Shown here piece after piece: positions 55,278-64,000 of a DNA stretch of 64,000 nt; the first letter of the stretch is position 1; every line of letters starts with the position of its first letter. Source of the DNA: Auanema rhodensis (taxonomy: Eukaryota; Animalia; Nematoda); NCBI GenBank assembly GCA_964057225.1, contig OZ059897.1, forward strand, positions 7,316,001-7,380,000, in the 5' to 3' direction. The notes beneath the pieces are model-generated. The model had not been told where the DNA came from. It made no database searches and worked only from the letters and a program-made list of their open reading frames with translations. The translations under genes were made by a program, and so were the position numbers.

Positions 55278-55474
55278 CAGCAAAACTGGGAAAATACTAA
55301 GAACTTACAGAACAAGGATTTCAATCAATTGTATATATTTCATCGTGAAACATCATTTATTTAAAAAATCATAATGAGAGCAAACGTTTTATTAGGCTGG
55401 AATATCGATGCAAAAAATGCATAGTTGCTCAATCAACGCAATATATACACTATACATAAATGAAAAAAAAACGT

Positions 55475-58400
55475 TTAGTCAGGCCTTGGTTTATGCATTG
55501 TGAATATTTGCACTCTATCTTTATCATCTAGTTCACGAATTCCTTGTGGGGTGAAGAATATGAACTGATTATGCGGGAATTTTACAGTTGCCATCTCAAC
55601 TAGCAGGTTCATGATTATCTGAAAGAGTTGCATTTTAACAAGTTGAGTAGATAATAAGAACGACCTTTCGATTAATCATATCCATGAAAACATCAAACTC
55701 ATCCATGCATCGGAATGGATGGTCCATAATGGCCCAGAGAGCCATAATCAAACATGCTGTAGTGTAAGATCTTTCTCCTCCGGAAAGCCCTTTCATGTCT
55801 TTCAGAGCAGGTTGAGGTTTTCCATCTCCTTCTCTTCTACTGACTTTGATATCCAAACGTTTTCGTTTGGTATCAACATCAACTTCACCATTGAATTTAC
55901 TAAAAGAATAATAACAATAAAGAACGAAATAGATTTAAAACATACACATAACACATTAAATTTTTGAAAGTAGTTTGTAATCTCTGTATGATAACATGTT
56001 GTAACAATGGGAAAGTCTCTCGTCTTATGGCTAGTGAATCTCCTAGTTTCTAGAAAAAGTTATATTGATTTAGTATATGGAATTGTTTACAAACATTAGC
56101 GATTTCTTTGTTCTTCCTTATACTCTTTTTAAAACTTTTGAATTCGTCGTAATAACTCTTGAAAATAGTATCGTCGACAGCATCCTCACTGCGATCAGGC
56201 AGTTGATTACCCATTTCAGATCGACTAAACTCAACAATTTAACGCATTTTTAAAGATTTTAGCATACATCCTTTCTTCTGATTTGATTTCTTTCTCTAAT
56301 TTCTCGACTTCCTCTCGAATTATTCTACTTTCTGGTAAACAAGAAAAATCAGGGGGATTGGAATAACCTTCAGGTACGGGCAAGTCAGCTGCTGCCTTAC
56401 TCTGTAAAAAAATAAGTTTGAAATTCAAATTTTAGCACAATTATTACAAGTGTAGTGGCTTCAGTTCTTTGGCTTTCAAGTTCAGTTTTCTTAGTGAAGC
56501 AATCTTGAACTTCCTGAAATAAATTAATATAACATAAGTATAGCTATTAGCTGCTATTTCTAACGTTGTCAGCATTTTTAAGTGCATCTTCGGCCTCAAA
56601 ATATTTCATCCTCAACTGATGTGATTCATTCTTAATAGCATCGAATTGCTGCTGAAATTAATATATTATAGAATGTCTGTATATAGATATACTAACACGA
56701 ATAGCTGAAGTTTCCGATTCTCGAATACTTCTTTCCCTATCAATGTCTCTCCTCATATCTTCTATTTGCTGTTTCTCATCATCTAACTCGAGTTTCGCCT
56801 GAAAAAAAAAAGAAAAATCATAAACTAAAAGTGCGAAATACCTCTCTTAAAGATTCCCGCTTGTGGTTAATTTCCTTAATGAGTTCTTGATAAGATCTTA
56901 TCGATGTTCTCTGAAAGAATGTTTTACCATGTCATATACAATATATGTCTACCAGATTTTCAACTACTTCGTCTTGGTCGTCTTCACCCTCAAATTGATC
57001 GATCTGAAATAAACAAATCATTATTTAAAAACTATAAGTACTGGCTCACCATTCGTTGATATTTCTGAATTTTACTACGAATAGAATGCAAGTCTTCTTC
57101 TAAATGGTTTAACTTATCAGAGTAGCTCCGGAATTCTTGTTGTACTTGAGAAAATTCTTGCTCAACACTAGTTCTTGATTTTGCGCAAGATTGTAGCTGA
57201 TGTTGTAAATTTGTGATACTTTCACGCACAGCTCTGAACATTCAACAATGAATGGGAAATACCAAATGCTAATAGTGACCTAACGTTATAATTAACTTTT
57301 TCTTCCAAGATTGCAGCCTGCGCGGGGCGCTGACAAGCATAGAAACGGTACGGATGAGCAAATGCAGTACCACCAGTTGCTGTTACTGCTTTTATGGCAT
57401 TTCGAGGAGCCTGAAATGATATATCTTCAAATACAGAGAGCAAACACGCAAAAATACATTTCCATCCATGAGTCTTCGTGCTTCTTGATCAGATTCAAGT
57501 AAAATTACGGATTCTATACCGGAACAATCGATCAAAGTATTTCTAAATCAAATCAACAAATCAACAAAATAAAGCGCAACTTGTACCTAATGTCTATATC
57601 ATTAATATCTATCATTCGAAGAATTGTAAAATATTCCTCACTAGGTTCACTTTGTCGTACATCGTGTGAACGATCAGAAAAGCTGTAATCAAATCGCATA
57701 AGAAAGAAAGATTGAAGAAAAATCTTACGCAACAACGAAAGTGTTAGGAATTGGTATTCTATTTGCACTCAAAAGCTTTCGGAATGTATTTTGATCCCTT
57801 TTATTATCAATTACATACGATTTTAAATGATTGCGTATATATTCTTCTACAGCAAAAGTCCACCTCTTATCCTTCACATTAACATGCATACCTGGATGAG
57901 AGGAAATAAAAATAAGGAACAAGTAATAGAACAAACCAATAGGACCTTTCGGTAACTTCTCAAACTGATTCCTATTTCTGTTGATTAATTCTAAAATTTT
58001 GGCAGTGTGTTCACCGAATCTGTAAATGAAAATCAAGAAATATGGTAAAATAAAATATTAAGAAAAAACCTGAACATTTGGTTCTTTGCACGACCATCAC
58101 TTTCTCGTAAGATATTTTCTTGTTGCTTCAAATGTGCAGATAATTCTCTACCTTTTCCTAGCACCTAAAAAGTAAGAATGAAATAATACATCTGAGCAAC
58201 GCTTTACTTCATTAATTTCTTGTTCCTTTGTCCTCTTTTTAACTTCCAAAGCATTAAAATGCCTCTGAATTTGAACCTTTTCTTCAGCTTTTCGATTTTC
58301 CTTTAAAAAAATTATTATACTTAAACCAAAAGATTGGTTACCTGTTCGGCGAGTGTAGCTAAGGCTTGTGTTGCAACATTCAACTGCTGTAGTTTCTCAT

Positions 58401-60294
58401 TAGCACCTTCTCTTTGTTGTATATCGCGAATATTGTGTTCCATCTTCTCAATGTTTCTTATGTGCTGCCTATAAGATCATTAGATTACTATTTGAAAATA
58501 AGGTCTCCAACAACACACATTTCTTCATGCTTGCATTCCTTCTCTTGCCTATTGATATCTTCCAGTTTTGCTTTCAGAACCCTTAAGACTTTTACTAAAA
58601 TAAGGCCTTCAAACAACTTATACCTATGTGCATTCTCCCACTGCTTGTCTCGGTCAATTTCACTCTTAGAACTCTCCACAATTTTCTGAAGCTCCGCTGC
58701 TATTTTTTCTGCATCAGCCTCTCTTTCCTGTAAAATTGAATTTAAACATTTGGCTTTACTAACATTATTTCTTGTACAGCCGGATGCAACAGTGGTGAAA
58801 CAAAATGAAAAAAGAGGCTGACGTAAGTCACGTTTAAGAAAAAATAATTATGCTAATTTCAAGTAACCTTTTCCTCCCGTAGAATTTCCTTTATTCGTGA
58901 TTCCATTTGTTGTTTCTTCATTTCTTTCTTTTTTATACGACTTTCACAAAGTTTAATACCCTGTAAAAACAAATATTATATCTGAAATAAATGTATAAAT
59001 AATAAACAAACTTGCTCAACGTCACGTAATGGACCCCAACAAGAGAGCCAATGAAAACATTGCAAATTAGTTCGTAAAACCTTAACTTTCTGAACTTGAT
59101 TTCTCAGAGTTAAAATTCTACCAAATTCTCTGAAAATGATCGTAAACTAAAAATGAAGCCGTAAGAACATACTCTTTCTTTTCCTTAAGTAATTCACTGG
59201 CTAGGCCTTGATTAGTTTTCAAGTCCTTCAAAACGTTTTCTATTTCTTCATAAGCATTTAAAGCTAAACTCAATCCAGTTGATTCATAAAACATCTTAAA
59301 TAGATAAGAATGATCCGGATTATAGGCATAAACCCACATTAAACATTTTGTGTGCATCCCAACCCTGCAGGAATTGACGAGATCTATCTTGACTCATCCA
59401 AAATATTGGATTAGTTAATTGAATATTAAATCTACTGATAATGAGATCAAGATCACTTTTTTTCTGTGATATCACACGTTCTGCAAGTAATTATGTTGTT
59501 GAATTGGCACATGTAATTTATAATGTTACCTCTACAAACGGCACCATGGCCACCAGAAGTTTTTATTACATAGGTTGAAGAGGTTTGGTTAATACTTCGT
59601 TCAACGATAATGGTTTCTCCTACTTCTTCTGATCCTATTTTTTTTATAGCTCCTTGTCCACGGTTTGTTAAAGTTATTCTGATTTTGGCTCTCCTAAAAC
59701 ACAAATACAGTGCTTATCGGAGGATGCTCAGCATACTGTTTTCCAGATTTTATATATCCTTTTACAGAATTACCACGATCGTTCTGGCTACCTCTCCCAC
59801 CTAAGCCAAGGTTAAAAGCAGCAAATACTGCACTTTTGCCACCTAGAGAAAAACATGCTGATAGCATCATAATAATCAAGTACTTACTGCCATTAGAGCC
59901 TCCGATATAGAAACAATTCTTATTTTTCACATCAAAACTGATTTGTAAATTTCCGTGACACATAAAATTCTCAATTTCCATAGCAGCGATTCGGCCAGCA
60001 ACTTCAGTAGCAACTAATAAAAATAAATATGATATACACTTCAGTAATTAAAATCTTACAATCGCTTTCTTCTTTCGTACATGTTGACGCTGAAATGGAG
60101 CTAAACCTAGAACTGAAAGGATTTTTTTTTTCCTGAAACAATAAGCACTTTTTAAATAAATTTGCATGAAGCTTAGTAACCTTGTGAGGAATATTTGGTA
60201 AGTTTGTAATATCATCAGCTATGCGTTTGCGGGATGTGGTTGGCGCCTGATCATTTTCTAAAGGTTTAATATCTTCGTTATCGTTCCAATCCAT
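55475..60294 (-). CDS. smc-6: Structural maintenance of chromosomes protein 6
   Basis: IENFMCH, Walker A GSNGSGKSA, LGGRGS, WMSQDRSRQFL, long coiled coils, hinge PKGPIG, signature LSGGERSYTT, Walker B/D-loop PFRCMDEFDVFMDMINRK, and QFIFFTPQ. Stop TAA 55477-55475. Confidence 0.96.
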
Positions 60295-60431
60295 ATTCTA
60301 TTTTCATAAGTAACATTTACTCTAGAATAATATTAAAAAATTTATAGCAAAAACCAAAAAGAAAATAAAAACAAGAAAGAAATAAACCAACGCTAAACTA
60401 ATACAGTACAAACAGGCAAGTGCTATCAAAA

Positions 60432-60446
60432 TTTAAATTTTCGCGC
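60432..60446. promoter_or_regulatory. E2F/DREAM-like site (TTTTCGCGC) next to a CHR-like TTTAAA in the smc-6 upstream region
   Basis: TTTAAA-TTTTCGCGC lies about 140 bp upstream of the smc-6 ATG. It fits E2F-type motifs of germline/cell-cycle genes. Confidence 0.45.
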
Positions 60447-62188
60447 ACTTCCAAAAGAAACGAAACTGTGAACTGTGACGCTGGTCAGGTTGGGCAAACT
60501 GAAGCATTTTGCAAACTTGTGCTCAGCTTGAAAAAAATATAAATAAAAATACCAGAAAAAATATCTACGCAATATTGGAGTAAACGTGTGGTTCTTTTTG
60601 CCTCTTTGGAGGATGGGAATTATTGACTTATTTCAGCATCTGAGGCTATGTTCTAGTTATTAGGATTATTTTGATTCAACTTTCAAATATTGTTCAGAAT
60701 CAATAGTAATGAATGACTTTCAAAATAGTAAACTATGTAACAGATTTCTACCAACTTTGACTAAGTAAATGTCCATATTCATATTTAGTTGAACGTTGAA
60801 ATTTTATATTTGATAAACGTTTCGCAATAGTAAATCTTTCTTCATCCAGTTTTCATGATATCATTCTTTCAGAAAAAGTAATGAGAAAAATTTAATTAAT
60901 GAACTGTTATCCTGTGCTAATAGTATTATTTGTATTTCCTGTTTTTAATCACAATCGTTCTTCTTAACCAAGAAAATAATGTTTGAAAGAAAAATAATAT
61001 TTATTCAAAGTATATATATTTATTTTTCTTTTAATCACGACAATTTAAAACAAAATGGCATTATTCAAGCTGAATGTGTCTCTAGTCATATCAATTCAGG
61101 CGTATGACTACGAGAGACATCCAGGTTGATGTAATCCACGATTAAAAATGAAACAACATGTTGAAGATAGGAACACCATGGAACTGATAGTTTCAAAGTA
61201 TCACCGGAATAGTAGAAAAAAAATGAAGAAACGGTGTCATTAGGAGGACAGGAACGCGTACCGTGTGCAGCAGTTGTCTGCGGATTCTGATCAATGCAGG
61301 AATGAACTGTTGCCGCGACAGTAGTGAGCGCCAATAAACCATGTCAAGGACGATTTTAAATTTTTAAATTTGCCGCCAAAAACTCCTGAAAGACAGATGT
61401 CAGCCTGGAGCAGATGGCATTGCTGAAAATGTCATTAGAAATTAAAAAAAAAGATCATTGGCAATAACTAAGATGGGATCAGTGTCTCCGGAACCTGTCC
61501 GATTCCGTAGATTAGTGGATGGTCAGCACGATATGGCCCGCCCTGAATTTCAGTAGTCTATGCCATTTCAGACTATGACGCTTATTCTAGCGGGTGCTTC
61601 TTCTTCTGTGTGGTTCAGAAGCTTTCAAATCCATAATTAATCTGTATTGGCTTGTATTTTCTATTCGAAATTTATCTAAAAAGAATTCTGTCGTACGTTC
61701 CCGCCATGGCCGTTCATCGACTAATTTAGGTATAGTTTGAACGTTTCAATTTACAAAACTACGTACCTTTTACATCGATTTTCCGCGTTCAGAGACCAAA
61801 CGAGCACTGAATCCAGATAGGTACCAAACGTCGGTTATTCAGGTGAAGACGAGGTCGCATTTGTCCTTAGACGGGCAAGTAAACTCGATTCAAGTCCGGC
61901 TGGTAGTGCTGGTGGTTGTGGTATTGACGATCGATCGATTGACGTTGAACAAGGGGAGAGGGGGACACAGCATCACAAGAAGAAGGACGAGTTGTGTCAT
62001 GTCCTCCTTTAGCAAATAGTCTACACTAGTAGACAACATGTCTCCTCCTCTTTCTCCACCTCCTGTTCGCACCTCCCACCCTCGTTCTTCTTTTCTCTCA
62101 AATTTTCCTTTTCTTTCTTTATCTTTTCTTTAAAACGAGAAGAAAGACACGTTGATGACAACATGTTAGACCAAGTAAGAGATTAGAT

Positions 62189-62265
62189 GGATTTCCATGC
62201 ATGGATGCTGATCGCGTGGAAGAGAAATGCCCTTCACCGGGTCACCATCTATGCACGGAGATTCC
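62189..62265 (+). ncRNA. mir-35-family pre-miRNA (plus strand); mature ~62234-62255 UCACCGGGUCACCAUCUAUGCA
   Basis: Hairpin GGATTTCCATGCATGGATGCTGATCGCGTGGAAG-loop-CTTCACCGGGTCACCATCTATGCACGGAGATTCC. The 3' arm starts UCACCGGGU (mir-35/36/42 family seed CACCGGG). Confidence 0.85.
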
Positions 62266-62744
62266 TCTCCTGAAATGTCGTTATACTTCCTTATTTGGCA
62301 AATTCTGTAAAAAATTTGCAGGGAGAAAAGATGTTTTTCGCTGAAATCTGTCAAAACAATAGTTTTCTAAAGCCCACATCTACATGCTTCAGATTGAGAG
62401 TAGACCATACACACAACAGGATAATTGAAAGTCTCACCTCTTAAACTCACTTATCTCGTTCTTTCGAAAGGAATGGAGCATTTGACTACTCATTCATATT
62501 TGATGGATTCTTCCGCATTCTTAACGATGTATTATATCTTAAAGACCGAATAAGAAGTCAAGAGGAAGATCAAGATAAGGTCATTTGGAAGACTATAAAC
62601 TATGGTGGAACCTCGGCGGGAGGCAAATTACAAGGTACACCTCAACATCTAGGTATCAATCAAAGTAATCCTAACCCATAAACCGAATACGGATGAATGA
62701 TCAAATAGATATAGAAATATATTGTATAGATAAGATGAGTTGGA

Positions 62745-62823
62745 CTGTTAACCAAGCGTAAATGTTCACCCGGTGAAGGCTCTATTGCTTAACCGAGGGG
62801 AGCATTCACGATAGGTATACAGC
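62745..62823 (-). ncRNA. mir-35-family pre-miRNA; mature ~62776-62755 UCACCGGGUGAACAUUUACGCU
   Basis: Minus-strand hairpin CGTGAATGCTCCCCTCGGTTAAGC-loop-CTTCACCGGGTGAACATTTACG with the family seed on the 3' arm. Confidence 0.9.
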
Positions 62824-62880
62824 AAGTTTCAAAGAACTGAGAGGATAAGGGATCATGCGGGGGTAAGCTTGTAACGCTTT

Positions 62881-62951
62881 CCTCTCTGCTGAATGTGTCT
62901 CTAGTCATATGCAACTTGAAGCTATGACCAAGCAGGCACATCCAGAAGAGG
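62881..62951 (-). ncRNA. mir-44: mir-44/45 pre-miRNA; mature 62907-62887 UGACUAGAGACACAUUCAGCA
   Basis: The first 20 nt are identical to recalled C. elegans miR-44 (UGACUAGAGACACAUUCAGC). The 5' arm CUGGAUGUGCCUGCUUGGUCAUA also resembles the miR-44 star strand. Clean hairpin. Confidence 0.95.
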
Positions 62952-63003
62952 GGTAAGCAGCTTAAAGGGCAGGTTCTAGTCATGCAAAAGAAGCGAGTTA
63001 ACT

Positions 63004-63078
63004 GCTCTATGGATAGCAAGTAGACTGTGATATGAGCACGAGAGCCAGATCATCAGCTATTGCCATCAATAGAAGAGC
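63004..63078 (-). ncRNA. mir-43: mir-43 (mir-2 family) pre-miRNA; mature 63032-63011 UAUCACAGUCUACUUGCUAUCC
   Basis: Close to recalled miR-43 UAUCACAGUUUACUUGCUGUC. Hairpin GATGGCAATAGCTGATGAT...ATCACAGTCTACTTGCTATC. It sits between the mir-42-like and mir-44 hairpins. Confidence 0.92.
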
Positions 63079-63105
63079 CTCTGAGCTTCTCGAAGGGAAT
63101 AGGAA

Positions 63106-63201
63106 TGACAATCGGGAAGAATCCCTGGGTGGATGTATACCCGGTGAAGGTCACTAAGACTTCATCGTAGCATCACCCACCAAGGAAAACTTCCCTTGTC
63201 A
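63106..63201 (-). ncRNA. mir-42: mir-42-like (mir-35 family) pre-miRNA; mature 63147-63126 UCACCGGGUAUACAUCCACCCA
   Basis: Long hairpin with basal TGACAA/TTGTCA and GGGAAG/CTTCCC stems. The mature sequence resembles miR-42 (UCACCGGGUUAACAUCUAC). It is first in the 42-43-44 order. Confidence 0.9.
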
Positions 63202-63367
63202 GTGTGAACAGAGCAATGAGGAACATGAAAGGTAATAATAAAGGAATAAATAGTAGAAAACTAGTTGAAGAAGTAGAAGAGTGTAGTCCTGGATTAGTTC
63301 TGGTCGCCAACTGGAGAGCTGGAGCAGTTGATGTGCTTGTGCTGTTGAAATGACCTGGTCACCAGTC

Positions 63368-63374
63368 TTATATA
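63368..63374 (-). promoter_or_regulatory. TATA box (TATATAA) of the putative pri-mir-42/43/44 Pol II transcript
   Basis: Minus strand CTATATAAGA followed ~20-30 nt later by an Inr-like TCATTTC, about 170 nt upstream of the first hairpin. Upstream lie GC-rich motifs (GGGCGCCA, TTTGGCGG). Confidence 0.6.
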
Positions 63375-64000
63375 GTAGCCTGATTTGCCAGGAGCAGAGG
63401 CGGAGCTGACCTACTTACTCTGGCGCCCACTTTCTTCTCACAAATCCTTACCGCCAAATTTGGCAATCTGCCTTTTTTGCCATTGGCACGTATCCAATGG
63501 CTATTTTTATTAATAATTGTAATAATCTTATGAACATGACAAGAGGTACTGAGAAAAAGATAGAAATATATTGGTAAATAGGGTAGAAAAGTAGAAAAAG
63601 CTTACCTTTACAGTAGAAATATTAGGATTTTGAAATTTCATTCTATATTTTAGGTGTAATTGAGAACTGTATTCATGCTGATTTCCAAGCTTTAAAATTC
63701 TTTTCAGGATATTTCAATTATAAATCTCTTGATATCTATTTTGTTTTTCTTGTAACTTTCAATCATTTTCTCACATTTATCGTCAAGTAGGTCTTTGATT
63801 TCGGTTTTTGTTATATTCTTTGTCTGTTGATCATCAAATCCTATCATGATCTCTGTATTATATACAATGGGCGCTATCATCTTTTTCTAATGTTTCTTCA
63901 CACAATTTATACAATATAAATATTATAAATATGTACTTTTATGCGAAATATAATCAATAACAACAATTTTTTTTGGTTTAGAGTAGAGTTTACTTTCCAA

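Noticed and set aside
61387-61395. TGAAAGACA, mir-71-like 5' end
   Set aside because: The rest does not match mir-71 and the hairpin is too short.
63421-63429. TGGCGCCCA resembling a tRNA-Lys primer-binding site of an LTR element
   Set aside because: Only 9 nt match; no LTR pair and no gag/pol ORF. It lies in the miRNA cluster promoter.

Overview
This is eukaryotic, AT-rich nematode genomic DNA: many ~40-55 nt introns, TTTCAG-type acceptors, and clade V / Caenorhabditis-like gene and miRNA content. I reconstructed all gene models by hand from splice sites and translation. Left to right the window holds tRNA-Lys(UUU), an HNF4-type nuclear hormone receptor, ptc-1 (Patched), and a 21-kb, 9-exon NADH-cytochrome b5 reductase-like (CYB5RL/OXLD1-domain) gene that the ORF track only catches in fragments. 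The 9-kb intron 4 of that gene contains two complete nested genes: a same-strand nucleotide-diphospho-sugar transferase and antisense pir-1. Next come a double-CHHC zinc-finger gene (gtsf-1-like, also caught only in part by the ORF track), a large unknown helical protein, mrpl-50, enol-1, ints-7, a mariner-type MITE, a C6orf120 homolog, smc-6, and a mir-42/43/44-type microRNA cluster with two extra mir-35-family hairpins, one on the opposite strand. The most striking structure is at 37.6-40.1 kb. There pir-1 and gtsf-1 (+ strand, both known 26G endo-siRNA/ERI-pathway genes in C. elegans) are interdigitated with a minus-strand gene pair. The gtsf-1 and CYB5RL start codons are only 18 bp apart head-to-head, so each gene must be transcribed through the other's coding sequence. 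Orthology calls rest on recalled motifs, not on database searches.
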